NCBI RefSeq assembly: GCF_003945235.1
Contig: NZ_RSDW01000001.1
Coordinates: 4,950,001 to 4,982,000 of the forward strand
Source of the DNA: Edaphobacter aggregans
GTDB lineage: Bacteria; Acidobacteriota; Terriglobia; Terriglobales; Acidobacteriaceae
Reading direction: 5' to 3'
DNA length: 32,000 nt
The notes under the pieces are model-generated. The model ran no database searches and was not told where the DNA came from. It saw only the letters and a program-made list of their open reading frames with translations. Below are positions 1 through 8,914 of this stretch, one piece after another; the stretch's first letter is position 1, and every line of letters starts with the position of its first letter. The position numbers were made by a program, and so were the translations under genes.

Positions 1-2
1 CC

Positions 3-260
3 CGCTCACCTGCCAGCCCACAGACGGCCGCGAACAATCAGAACCGCAGCAACTCGAGGGATGACGAAGCCAGCGCGCAGCTCAAACCCGAGCCACCGCG
101 CGACAATCCTCCCGAGCAGCCGCGCGCCCAGTCGGCTCAAAATCCCTTCGCTAATGGCGAACCGGCGCCCGACCCGCTGCAGTTCATGCAGGAGATCCTG
201 CAACGTCAGCAGAAGATCGACCAGCAACAGCAGGACCAGCAGAATAATCCGAAGCCATGA
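3..260 (+). CDS. 3' end of a CDS entering from the left edge; Q/P/N-rich low-complexity C-terminal tail (...PDPLQFMQEILQRQQKIDQQQQDQQNNPKP*)
   Basis: Frame 3 is open from the window edge to TGA at 258-260 (86 codons). It is absent from the ORF track because it has no in-window start. No domain recognised. Confidence 0.4.
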   Translation, partial: RSPASPQTAANNQNRSNSRDDEASAQLKPEPPRDNPPEQPRAQSAQNPFANGEPAPDPLQFMQEILQRQQKIDQQQQDQQNNPKP

Positions 261-390
261 TAGGCAGGAGCTTCATTGCCGCTTTGCTATCTCTCCACCG
301 ACGACTCATACGTTTGGGATCGCTTATTCGGTTTCGAGTCACGGAGCGCGCCAGTTGTGCCGAGTCAGTCCGTTTGCTAGTTTGACATGC

Positions 391-1638
391 ATGCCGCCGA
401 ATGCGCCCGAAGATGTGAGCAGGACCATCGAGACTCTTTACCGGTCTGAATCGGGCAGAATTCTGGCTACGCTGGTGCGCCTGCTCGGCGATCTTGATCT
501 CGCCGAAGAGTCGATGCATGAGGCCTTTGCAGCAGCTTTGGACAGCTGGCCTCAGGCCGGCATACCGGAAAAACCGCGCCCCTGGCTGATTTCAACCGCA
601 CGCTTCAAGGCTGTTGACGGGATACGCCGGCGGGCGCGCTTCGACGGAGTAGAGAGAGATCTTGCGCTGCACCTTGAAGCGCAAAGCAACGAAGCGCGCA
701 TCAACGAAGCGCTTCAGGAAGAGGAGATCGAGGACGATCGCCTTCGTCTCATCTTCACCTGCTGCCATCCCGCTTTGCCATCGGAGGGACAGGTTGCGCT
801 CACACTGCGTGAGGTCTGCGGCCTGACAACAGAAGAGATTGCCCGCGCATTTCTCGTTACGCCGGCGACGCTTGCGCAACGCATCGTTCGCGCAAAAGCC
901 GTCATCCGCGATAAGGCGATTCCTTACCAGGTGCCCTTGTCGCCGGAATTATCGGCAAGGTTAGGAGCCGTGCTTCAGGTTGTGTACCTGGTCTTCAACG
1001 AGGGTTATTCAGCGGAGACAACAGGAGCCGAACTGAGCCGCGAAGCGATCCGTCTGGGTAGACTGCTCCTCGACCTTCTTCCCGAACCCGAGGTGATGGG
1101 CTTGGTGGGGCTCATGCTGCTGCAGGAATCGCGCCGTGCTGCCCGAAGCTCTGCGGAGGGAGATCTGATTCTGCTGGACCAGCAGGATCGCTTGTTGTGG
1201 AACAGGGATCACATCGCCGAAGGCATCGCTCTCACCGAGAGGGCTCTTGCGTCACGCCGTTTCGGTGCCTACACCCTGCAGGCGGCCATTGCGGCAGTTC
1301 ATGCGGAGGCCTCCTCGACAGCGTCCACGGACTGGCGCCAGATCACGCTTCTCTACGACCGGCTGATTCGTATTCAGCCATCGCCGGTCGTCGAACTCAA
1401 TCGCGCAGTTGCTGTCGCCATGTACGAAGGTCCGGAGCATGGTCTTCGTCTCATCGATGACCTGTTGGCGCGCGAGGAACTCGCCAGGTATCACCTCGCG
1501 CACTCCGCCCGTGCGGATTTGTGCCGCAGGCTGGAACAGCTTCCGGAGGCCCGTGCTTCGTATGAGAAGGCGCTTGCTCTGGCTCGTCAGGAGCCGGAGC
1601 GCCGTTTTCTCGCCGGGCGGTTGCGAGAGTTGCAATAA
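391..1638 (+). CDS. ECF-family RNA polymerase sigma factor with long C-terminal TPR-like extension (COG4941 / ECF42-like)
   Basis: Sigma region 2 and 4 like sequence (RILATLVRLLGDLDLAEESMHEAFAAAL...WLISTARFKAVDGIRRR; LTLREVCGLTTEEIARAFLVTPATLAQRIVRAK) plus a ~220-aa extension. ATG at 391 chosen because residues 1-110 of the 525-aa ORF are Arg/Ser-rich junk that overlaps the upstream CDS tail. Confidence 0.85.
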   Translation: MPPNAPEDVSRTIETLYRSESGRILATLVRLLGDLDLAEESMHEAFAAALDSWPQAGIPEKPRPWLISTARFKAVDGIRRRARFDGVERDLALHLEAQSNEARINEALQEEEIEDDRLRLIFTCCHPALPSEGQVALTLREVCGLTTEEIARAFLVTPATLAQRIVRAKAVIRDKAIPYQVPLSPELSARLGAVLQVVYLVFNEGYSAETTGAELSREAIRLGRLLLDLLPEPEVMGLVGLMLLQESRRAARSSAEGDLILLDQQDRLLWNRDHIAEGIALTERALASRRFGAYTLQAAIAAVHAEASSTASTDWRQITLLYDRLIRIQPSPVVELNRAVAVAMYEGPEHGLRLIDDLLAREELARYHLAHSARADLCRRLEQLPEARASYEKALALARQEPERRFLAGRLRELQ

Positions 1639-1669
1639 AAGGGAATTGAATAAAAAAGTTTGTCTCTGC

Positions 1670-1695
1670 TGTCGATTTTCCCTGCGTCCGGCGAC
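1670..1695 (+). promoter_or_regulatory. Candidate ECF-type promoter TGTCGA-N16-CGAC upstream of the DHFR-family and YCII genes
   Basis: TGTCGA at 1670-1675 and CGAC at 1692-1695, about 110 nt upstream of ATG 1807. As I recall it, this matches the proposed ECF42 target motif (-35 TGTCGA, -10 CGA/TC). Confidence 0.4.
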
Positions 1696-1806
1696 TATAG
1701 GGTGAAGCACCCGGAGACGAAGACCTGTCCCCAGGAGCCCCGCAACGAGCCAGCGTGCGACGTCGGCTCAAGCTATTCTGAAGAACCTCTGAAGGAGATT
1801 TGCAGC

Positions 1807-2340
1807 ATGGCGAAACTTGTCTACGAATTGAACCAGTCTCTGGATGGCTACGTCGACCACCGGAAGTTGGGACCCCCTGTGCCCGAGGCCTTTCGTCACT
1901 TCGTCGAGCGTGTGCGTGGCCTGACGGGCTTGATATACGGTCGCCACATGTACGAAATCATGCGTTATTGGGACGACGACCTTCCCGACTGGGGCGCGGA
2001 GGAGCGCGACTTCGCGGTGGCGTGGCGGAGCCAGCCAAAATGGGTCGTGTCGCGTTCGCTCAAGTCAGTTGGCCCCAACGCCACGCTTGTCGCGGATGAC
2101 TTTGAGACGGCGATACGCAAGCTGAGGGCTGAACTGACGGGCGAGATTGGAGTTGGCGGACCACACCTGGCGCAAAGCCTGACCGAGGCCGGCCTTATCG
2201 ATGAGTATCGACTCTACCTCCACCCCGTCGTGCTTGGGAGCGGCACGCCATTCTTCGCCGGCCCCCGACCGCCGCTCCACCTGGTGGGCAGCGATCGAAT
2301 CGCCGAGGACCTGATTCGGTTGACGTACGTTCCTGCCTAA
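1807..2340 (+). CDS. Dihydrofolate reductase family protein (RibD C-terminal domain-like)
   Basis: MAKLVYELNQSLDGYVDH...LIYGRHMYEIM...GGPHLAQSLTEAGLIDEYRLYLHPVVLGSGTPFF is typical of this family. GGAG lies upstream of ATG 1807. The longer ORF from 1660 has an implausible N-terminus. Confidence 0.8.
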   Translation: MAKLVYELNQSLDGYVDHRKLGPPVPEAFRHFVERVRGLTGLIYGRHMYEIMRYWDDDLPDWGAEERDFAVAWRSQPKWVVSRSLKSVGPNATLVADDFETAIRKLRAELTGEIGVGGPHLAQSLTEAGLIDEYRLYLHPVVLGSGTPFFAGPRPPLHLVGSDRIAEDLIRLTYVPA

Positions 2341-2373
2341 CCCGCTGCTAGACAACAACGAGAGGAGAGACAT

Positions 2374-2778
2374 ATGAAATACATCTGTTTGGGATACTAC
2401 GAGCCTGCAAAACACGCAGCCATGACCGAGGACGAGCGCAACGCAATGTTCGACGAATGCTTTGAGTATGACGACCATCTGCGCGCCAATGGGCACTTTG
2501 CTGGTGGCGAAGCGCTTCAGCCTCCTGAAACCTCGTTGACCGTGTATTGGAAGAACGGCAAAGTTGCGACCACCGATGGTCCCTATGCGGAGACCAAGGA
2601 AACGCTCGGCGGCATTCTTGTGCTCGAGGCACGGGACATGAATCATGCCATTCAGCTGATGTCGCAGCATCCGTCCTTGAAGTATGGGTCGTTCTTCGAC
2701 ATACGTCCAATTTTCGATATGAATGACATGATTCAGGAGAGCGAGCAGCGACGGCGAAAGGTCGCCGCGCGAGCCTGA
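2374..2778 (+). CDS. YCII-related / DGPF-domain protein
   Basis: MKYICLGYYEP... and TDGPYAETKETLGGILVLEA (a DGPF-type motif). RBS GAGAGGAGAG lies before the ATG. This is the usual genomic partner of ECF42-type sigma factors. Confidence 0.8.
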   Translation: MKYICLGYYEPAKHAAMTEDERNAMFDECFEYDDHLRANGHFAGGEALQPPETSLTVYWKNGKVATTDGPYAETKETLGGILVLEARDMNHAIQLMSQHPSLKYGSFFDIRPIFDMNDMIQESEQRRRKVAARA

Positions 2779-2823
2779 TTCAGAGCCACGAAGTCTGACT
2801 GCAGCTGCGAATTGATACTTGCG

Positions 2824-3273
2824 TTAACCGTACTTAAACTCCGGCTTGCTCTGTCCGACCTCGATAATGTAACCATCAGGGTCGCGGATGTAGCAGCGCG
2901 TCTCGCCGTACTTGTCCAGCGGCTCCGTGATGAACTCGGCTCCTCGACTTTTCCATAATTCATAGCACGCTTGAATATCCGCAACACGGAAATTCATAAA
3001 GCTGTTGATGTGATTCGGGTCGGGGACGCTGAGCGTTACCGTCGGCTTGTCCGGGGTCGGGCCGCCACCGACGTTCAAAATCATCCAGATATTCGCCAGC
3101 TGAAGGTACCCAGGCGCGTTGCCGTCGCCTCTGCTCAGAATGTGCGCGCCGAAGACCTTCTCGTAGTAATCGAGCGATCGATTGATGTCGCCCACGGTTA
3201 GAAAATGCGCGATGCTCATCCCTTCCTTCGGGGGCATCTCATAACTCTTCTGATCGATTTGTACGCTGTTCAT
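2824..3273 (-). CDS. VOC family protein (glyoxalase / bleomycin-resistance / dioxygenase fold)
   Basis: HFLTVGDINRSLDYYEKVFGA...FRVADIQACYELWKSRGAEFITEPLDKYGETRCYIRDPDGYIIEVGQ. Start set at the internal ATG 3273, which is preceded by GGAG. The ORF is open up to 3360. Confidence 0.75.
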   Translation of the reverse strand: MNSVQIDQKSYEMPPKEGMSIAHFLTVGDINRSLDYYEKVFGAHILSRGDGNAPGYLQLANIWMILNVGGGPTPDKPTVTLSVPDPNHINSFMNFRVADIQACYELWKSRGAEFITEPLDKYGETRCYIRDPDGYIIEVGQSKPEFKYG

Positions 3274-3531
3274 TGACGACTCCAATTCCGATATGGTCAT
3301 TCGGTGATTTGAATACCCCAAATGCGTCGTATAACCCCATCTCCGCGTGGCCCGCGACAACGTGAAGCAACGAAACCTCGGCTTAGCCGAAGCTAATTAA
3401 TACCACTGAGATGCCTAAATCCGTCAGATAAGGAGTCGTTTTATGTTTTGAGTTGTCCTCTGATACCGTGCGAGGCAGCAGGGCCGACCATCAAGCGGAG
3501 CGGGGTCGGCGAAATATTCGTTCTCGGCGAA

Positions 3532-5994
3532 CTATTCCGAACGCAGTGCTTCCACCGCGTTCACCCGTGCCGCGCGCGCTGCCGGCACGGCCGAAGCGAT
3601 CACCGCTGCGGCCAGAATGACGAAGGCCGACGCAATAAAAGCCAGCATTCCCGGCAGATGCGCTTCTGCCACGTACCTGCTGATGCCGCGCGCGAAGGCA
3701 ATGCCGAACGCCACGCCCGCGCCCACGCCGATCGCGGCAATCGTCAGGCCCTGCAACAGCACATCGGTCAGAATGTTCCGCGGCTGCGCGCCAAGTGCCA
3801 TTCGAATCCCGAACTCGCGCGTGCGACCGCTCACGGAAAACGCAAGCACACCTGCTACACCGACCACGGAGATCAGGAGTGCCACCGCTGCGAACCCTCC
3901 AAACACAACCGCGTTCAGCCGGTCCGGTGTCAGCACCTCGGCGCGAATGTCCTTCAGCGTGCTCGCCCGTTCCACCGGTTGTTCCGCAGAGATCTGATGG
4001 ATTGTGCGCGTAATGGCGGGAGCCAGCGTGTATGGATCCTGCTCCGCGCGCACAAAGAGCCGCCCCTGCCATCCCTCCTGATCGGTCGGCTGGTACACCG
4101 TCATGGCCGGTGACGGAATGATGTTTTCATCATCCAGATCGGGCACTACCCCGACGATCCGCCGCGGCTCCAGGCTGATGCCGACAAACTTCATCACTCC
4201 GTCGGTCCACCGTAACTCTCGATTCAACGCATCCTGGCCTGGGAACAGTGTCTTTGCCAGGCTCTCGCTCACAATCACCACCCGCTCCGAGCCGTTCTTG
4301 TCCGCGTCCCTGAAATCGCGTCCCTCCAAGAGGGGCAGGCCGAGCGTTTCAAAGTAGCCAGGCGATACCGACCGGAATTTCGCACGCCAATCGTCGAGCG
4401 CGTTCTTTCGCGCCGCTCCCTGAGCCGCAAAAGCGAAGCTGATATCCAATCCCTGATCGTCGCGCCACGGAACGCTGAAGCCCGTCGATACGTGAGCCAC
4501 TCCTGGCAGTGCGCCTACTCGGCGCTGCACCTCGTGGTAGAAATCCTGCACCTGCTCCGGTGTCCGTCCATACGACATCACGGGCAGATTCACGGCCAGC
4601 ACACGCGCGGTGTCGAACGGAGGCTGCGTTTTCTCGAGCACATACAGAGTCCGCATCAGGACGGTTGCTCCGGTGAGCAACAGGAACGATGCCGCGATCT
4701 GCATGATGGCGAAGATGCGCAGTCGCCTGTTGCTGCTACCTGTCATCCTTGTGCCGCCGCTGGTGAGCGCTGCGGTCAACGACGCGCTCCCCGAGGGCAA
4801 CCGCGGAATCAGCGCCAGAAACACCGCTGCCGTCAGCGCCAGCGCAATGCCAAACCACACCAGGCTGAAGTCGAGCTTTAGCCCTTCAGCGCGCACCGAG
4901 AACCGCGCAGCATACCGCCCCAACACCGCCACCATCGGCCACGCGAGGATCAGTGCCGCCAGCACCCCGCTTCCGCACAGCACCAGACTCTCCGCCAGCA
5001 GGGAACGCCGCAATGCCGCTGCATTGGCTCCAAGCGCCGATCGCACCGCCAGCTCCGATTCGCGGCGAACCGTTCGGGCGAGCACCAGATTGGCCACATT
5101 TGAGCATGCGATCACAAACAGCAGCCCCGAGGCTGCAAAGAGCACCCACAAAACCGTATTGGCACGCGAATTGATCTGGTCGTGCATCCGCGTCACATCG
5201 ATCCTGTAGTGGTCGGCTGACTTATAGACCTCCGGATGCGTGGTTAGTATCGCTGCGTGCCGCGTGCTCAGCTCGGATCGTGCTGCCTCGAGAGTGGCTC
5301 CCGGTGCAAGACGCGCGAAGACCTCCGTCATCCGGTGCTCACGGCCGGTCACCATGGTGGCTGACAAATGGTGCGGGCTGGTCACAATGTTGGCGATAAC
5401 CTCTGTTGCCACCGGATACGGCACCGACGGTTCCAGAACCCCCACGATCGTCGCCGAACGCGCCCCCATGACGCTCTCCAGCCGAACCGTCTTTCCGATT
5501 ACGCTCGGATCTGAGTGCAGCGTCTCTTTCCAGAATCGATAGGTCAACACGATCGCGCCCGCCGCATTGGGCCCGTCGTCGGTGGTCGTCAGCAGTCGCC
5601 CCAGCACCGGGCGCAGCCCCATCACTTCAAAATAATGGCCGTCCACGACACCTGCGGGAATCTCGCGCGGCGTGCCGAGCCCCACGACGGTAAAGTCGAT
5701 CGATGAAAACGTCCCCAGATCCGTGATCGTCTTCAGACCTTTGCCAAGGTCATCTATCTCAGGTACTGAGAAGGTCGTGTTCACGACGCCCAGACCTGGA
5801 GCGCTTTGTCGCAGATACAGCAAGCGGTCTTCGTCCCGGTTCGCAAGCGGGCGCAGCAGCACCGCGCGTATCACGCTGAAGAGGGCGGCGTTGGCGCCGA
5901 TGCCCAGAGCCAGTGTCAGAGCGACGGTGATCCACAGCGCACGAACGCGCCAGAGAGAGCGGACTGCAATCTTTAAATCACGAAAGAACGACAT
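3532..5994 (-). CDS. ABC transporter permease, duplicated MacB/FtsX-type (acidobacterial duplicated orphan permease, ADOP-like)
   Basis: 820 aa with two MacB-periplasmic-domain plus FtsX four-helix modules (RTREFGIRMALGAQPRNIL near the C-terminus; ESELAVRSALGANAAALRRSLL mid-protein). GGAGG RBS present. No adjacent ATPase gene. Confidence 0.85.
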   Translation of the reverse strand: MSFFRDLKIAVRSLWRVRALWITVALTLALGIGANAALFSVIRAVLLRPLANRDEDRLLYLRQSAPGLGVVNTTFSVPEIDDLGKGLKTITDLGTFSSIDFTVVGLGTPREIPAGVVDGHYFEVMGLRPVLGRLLTTTDDGPNAAGAIVLTYRFWKETLHSDPSVIGKTVRLESVMGARSATIVGVLEPSVPYPVATEVIANIVTSPHHLSATMVTGREHRMTEVFARLAPGATLEAARSELSTRHAAILTTHPEVYKSADHYRIDVTRMHDQINSRANTVLWVLFAASGLLFVIACSNVANLVLARTVRRESELAVRSALGANAAALRRSLLAESLVLCGSGVLAALILAWPMVAVLGRYAARFSVRAEGLKLDFSLVWFGIALALTAAVFLALIPRLPSGSASLTAALTSGGTRMTGSSNRRLRIFAIMQIAASFLLLTGATVLMRTLYVLEKTQPPFDTARVLAVNLPVMSYGRTPEQVQDFYHEVQRRVGALPGVAHVSTGFSVPWRDDQGLDISFAFAAQGAARKNALDDWRAKFRSVSPGYFETLGLPLLEGRDFRDADKNGSERVVIVSESLAKTLFPGQDALNRELRWTDGVMKFVGISLEPRRIVGVVPDLDDENIIPSPAMTVYQPTDQEGWQGRLFVRAEQDPYTLAPAITRTIHQISAEQPVERASTLKDIRAEVLTPDRLNAVVFGGFAAVALLISVVGVAGVLAFSVSGRTREFGIRMALGAQPRNILTDVLLQGLTIAAIGVGAGVAFGIAFARGISRYVAEAHLPGMLAFIASAFVILAAAVIASAVPAARAARVNAVEALRSE

Positions 5995-6201
5995 AGCGGT
6001 CCTCCACTGGCTGCCCGGTGATCTCTCCAGTCAATTGCGTCATTGTCTTCCCCTGGGACGGTCTTCGGGCGAGCCGGTTGTCCTGCCTTCACTATAACGA
6101 CGAACGACCGGACCGCAATTCGACAAATCGTCCAGGAAATATTGGTTCTTCGCGCACGTTACCTTAGGTATTCTCGTTGCCGACCGATTCAGATCAATCC
6201 A

Positions 6202-7458
6202 TTAGCGTCGGCTTGAACTCGTCAAGCCAAATTCTGCATCCTTTAGTCCGGTCGACCGCGTCAGGACATACACAGCAACGAGAGCAGCGGCAAAGCCCGA
6301 TGCTGCACCCACCCCAAGCGCCCAACGCGGGCCGAAACGGTTTGCCACCCAACCCACAATGGGCGCTCCTATCGGAGTGCCTCCGAGTGCAACGGCGAGG
6401 CGAAGCGCCATGACTCGGCCTCGCATGGCAGGCTCAGTCGAGAGTTGCATCATGCTGTTGGTCGTGTTGGTGAACGTCAGAGCTGCCACACCAATGATCA
6501 CGAGAGCAGCGGCAAACCACCAATAACCGGGAGCCAGCGCAGCGAGAGTACATCCGATCCCGAAGACCGCGGAGCCCACCAACAAGGAGCCAAACTTCGG
6601 CTTGTCACGACCAGCAGCGATCAGCGCCCCGGAGATCGTGCCAACCGCCATGATGGAGGACAACAACCCGAAGCCGCACGCATCGGTATGGAAGACCTTG
6701 ACCGCCATCGTCGAAGTAAAAATTGGGAAGTTGAGGCCGAACGTTCCAATCAAAAACAGCATGACCAGGACCGCTCGAAGATCCTGGCGGTTCCAGACAT
6801 AGCGGAACCCTTCCAGAAATCCTCCCTCGGTGCGTCGAGCCCTCGTGTTTGGATACAGTTCGGCTACGCGGAACAGCGACATGGAGATCAGAACCGCGGC
6901 GAACGACAGACCGTTGATCACAAATGCCCAACCAGTTCCGACCTTTGCAATGACGAGGCCGGCGACCGCGGGACCAACCATACGGCCAGCATTAAAGGAT
7001 GTTGAGTTGAGGGCGACTGCATTTGGCAGGTGTTCATCTCCTACCAGTTCTGCGACAAAAGTCTGGCGTACGGGAGCATCCAGTGCCGCAGCAGACCCGA
7101 ACAAGAACGCAAACACATAAACGTGCCAAAGGCGGACGTTACCTGCGATCGTCAGAACTCCCAACGCCAATGCCAGCGCGCCCATCAGCGCCTGGGTGAA
7201 CATCAGGAGCTTGCGTTGGTTGAAGTGATCCGCGGCAAATCCGGTCCAGGGCATCAGAAGAAGCTGAGGTCCAAATTGGAGCGCCATGACGATGCCCACA
7301 GCGGAAGCATCATGGTGCGTCAGTTGCGTCAGTACGAGCCAATCCTGAGCGACACGCTGCATCCACGTGCCGATGTTGGAAACCAGAGCGCCAGCTGTCC
7401 ACACTCGATAGTTGAAGATGCTCAACGCGCGGAAAGTGCCGGCTGCTCGATTCTTCAC
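6202..7458 (-). CDS. MFS transporter (DHA3 / EntS-like)
   Basis: 418 aa with about 12 hydrophobic segments. N-terminus FRALSIFNYRVWTAGALVSNIGTWMQRVAQDWLVL is typical of this MFS subfamily. GTG start overlaps the upstream stop (GTGA). Confidence 0.8.
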   Translation of the reverse strand: MKNRAAGTFRALSIFNYRVWTAGALVSNIGTWMQRVAQDWLVLTQLTHHDASAVGIVMALQFGPQLLLMPWTGFAADHFNQRKLLMFTQALMGALALALGVLTIAGNVRLWHVYVFAFLFGSAAALDAPVRQTFVAELVGDEHLPNAVALNSTSFNAGRMVGPAVAGLVIAKVGTGWAFVINGLSFAAVLISMSLFRVAELYPNTRARRTEGGFLEGFRYVWNRQDLRAVLVMLFLIGTFGLNFPIFTSTMAVKVFHTDACGFGLLSSIMAVGTISGALIAAGRDKPKFGSLLVGSAVFGIGCTLAALAPGYWWFAAALVIIGVAALTFTNTTNSMMQLSTEPAMRGRVMALRLAVALGGTPIGAPIVGWVANRFGPRWALGVGAASGFAAALVAVYVLTRSTGLKDAEFGLTSSSRR

Positions 7459-7784
7459 GAATGCTCCGGCGCGTTGCCGCCATTGAACTTGCCGAAGTGC
7501 CAGGCCAGCTGGAGACTGATCAGCAGTACACCAACCCCGAGGGCGAGGACGTTGGTTGTCGACCTCAGCTCAAAGCTGCCTACGCGCACTACGAGAAGGT
7601 ATCCGACGACGAGGTTGAAGAAGCCCCACAACACATTTACCGTCGATGAGGAAAAACCCTGGCCGGGAGGCTTTGCGAAGGGACTCTGGAAAGGTCGTCC
7701 CATCATTCCACTGACAAGATGCGGGACAGCGTTGGCCAGGAATATGCCTCCGAAGAAGTACGACACGAGGGGAAGCCAGTTCAT
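7455..7784 (-). CDS. Small integral membrane protein, function unknown
   Basis: 109 aa with 3-4 hydrophobic helices. AAGGAG RBS present. Lies 2 nt after the isochorismatase stop and overlaps the MFS start. Confidence 0.6.
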   Translation of the reverse strand: MNWLPLVSYFFGGIFLANAVPHLVSGMMGRPFQSPFAKPPGQGFSSSTVNVLWGFFNLVVGYLLVVRVGSFELRSTTNVLALGVGVLLISLQLAWHFGKFNGGNAPEHS

Positions 7785-7786
7785 AT

Positions 7787-8350
7787 TCAGATGCTCCTTG
7801 TACTAAGCAAGTTAATGATTTCCTGTGTTGTGCCCGTCTCGCCAAGGCGGGGAAAGACATGTGCGAGGCTGTACGCGTGGGCCTCCGGTCTCCCGTCAGT
7901 CATGGCATCCGTGGCCAGCGTAACGTTGAATCCCGCCTCATACGCCTGACGCGCTGTCGACTCCACGCCTGTGCCGGTGGCGACTCCAGTAATGACAACC
8001 TGCGTTACACCGTGCGCCTTGAGCTGGGCTTCAAGATCGGTACTGGCAAAGGCGCCCCAGGTCAGCTTTGTCACCGTGATGTCGCTGGGCCGCTGATCTA
8101 ACTCTGGAATCAAATCGGCAAATCCTTCGGGGAACGTCGCGAAACGGCGTTGCTGCTCCGTCCGTCCTGGTGCGCCACCGGCCACATTGACCAGGACCAC
8201 GGGCAGGTGAAGCTCGCGAAATGCTGTGAGTAAGGCTTGCGTGCGTTCAATGACGTCGGCGATCGGATGAAGGAACGGTGAGCCAACGATACCTTTCTGA
8301 AGATCAACGACAATCAGGGCGGTTTTAGGATCTAGCGTCGTAACAGGCAC
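7787..8350 (-). CDS. Isochorismatase-family cysteine hydrolase
   Basis: TALIVVDLQKGI...VVLVNV...VTKLTWGAFASTDLEAQLKAHGVTQVVITGVATGTGVESTARQAYEAGFNVTLATDAM. Start placed at GTG 8350, preceded by AAGGAG at 9 nt. The track's longer ORF starts at a TTG (8422) inside the marR 3' end. Confidence 0.8.
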   Translation of the reverse strand: MPVTTLDPKTALIVVDLQKGIVGSPFLHPIADVIERTQALLTAFRELHLPVVLVNVAGGAPGRTEQQRRFATFPEGFADLIPELDQRPSDITVTKLTWGAFASTDLEAQLKAHGVTQVVITGVATGTGVESTARQAYEAGFNVTLATDAMTDGRPEAHAYSLAHVFPRLGETGTTQEIINLLSTRSI

Positions 8351-8411
8351 AAGTGTCTTCTCCTTTGGAAGCGATTTCTGTAAAGGTGGTGAGGATGCGC
8401 AAAGGAAAACC

Positions 8412-8873
8412 TCAGTCTTCAACGAGCCGTGCGAGTAATTCGAGAACAGCCGCGAGCTTCTCCTGATCTTGAACGGAGAGCTTCTCCTGGATTGTGGTTG
8501 TAAGCCAGTCCTGCCTCGCAGCGCGGCCTTCCTTAAGAAACTTCTGGCATTCTCGCGAGAGTGACATCAAGGTCTGTCGTCCGTCGTTCGGATCCGGAGA
8601 GCCACTCACCAATCCGGATTCCAGTAATGAGGTGATGATGGCGCTCATGGACTGAGGGCGCATACCTTCCGCTCGAGCCAGGCTCGATACCGCCGCAGGA
8701 CCGTCTTTCTCAAGACGAAGCAGGACAGAAACTTGCGAAGGCGCCAAATCGCTCCGTCCACCGTGTTCGCGCAACTTCCGCTTGAGTTTGCCAAGGATCG
8801 CCCGAAGTTCCGCTGCAAGTGCAGAGGCCCGCTCTATTCGTGGACGATTTGCCTCATCATTCATAGAGTCCAT
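8412..8873 (-). CDS. MarR family transcriptional regulator
   Basis: Winged-HTH region LAPSQVSVLLRLEKDGPAAVSSLARAEGMRPQSMSAIITSLLESGLVSGSPDPNDGRQTLMSLS. Start at ATG 8873 (MDSMNDE...). The upstream ORF extension runs through the operator/promoter. Confidence 0.85.
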   Translation of the reverse strand: MDSMNDEANRPRIERASALAAELRAILGKLKRKLREHGGRSDLAPSQVSVLLRLEKDGPAAVSSLARAEGMRPQSMSAIITSLLESGLVSGSPDPNDGRQTLMSLSRECQKFLKEGRAARQDWLTTTIQEKLSVQDQEKLAAVLELLARLVED

Positions 8874-8882
8874 TATGGCATA

Positions 8883-8914
8883 TATACAGTTAATCTGTAC
8901 AGATAAACTGTATA
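8883..8914. promoter_or_regulatory. Nested palindromic operator candidate for the MarR regulator
   Basis: TATACAGTT-N14-AACTGTATA (perfect 9-bp inverted arms) with a central CTGTACAG palindrome. It starts 10 nt upstream of the marR start codon. Confidence 0.55.

Noticed and set aside
61-390. N-terminal 110 aa of the 525-aa ORF containing the sigma factor
   Set aside because: The sequence is Arg/Ser-rich and non-sigma. It overlaps the tail of the upstream CDS in another frame. Sigma region 2 begins right after the ATG at 391.
3482-3510. GCCGACC-N13-GGTCGGC hairpin downstream of the ADOP permease stop as a terminator
   Set aside because: No U-tract on the minus strand and a long loop, so it cannot be supported as a terminator from sequence alone.
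3448-5706. Multiple plus-strand ORFs (up to 221 aa) inside the ADOP permease gene
   Set aside because: These are antisense ORFs typical of high-GC coding DNA, with Arg/Ala/Pro-rich translations and no motifs. The minus-strand 820-aa product is clearly the real gene.
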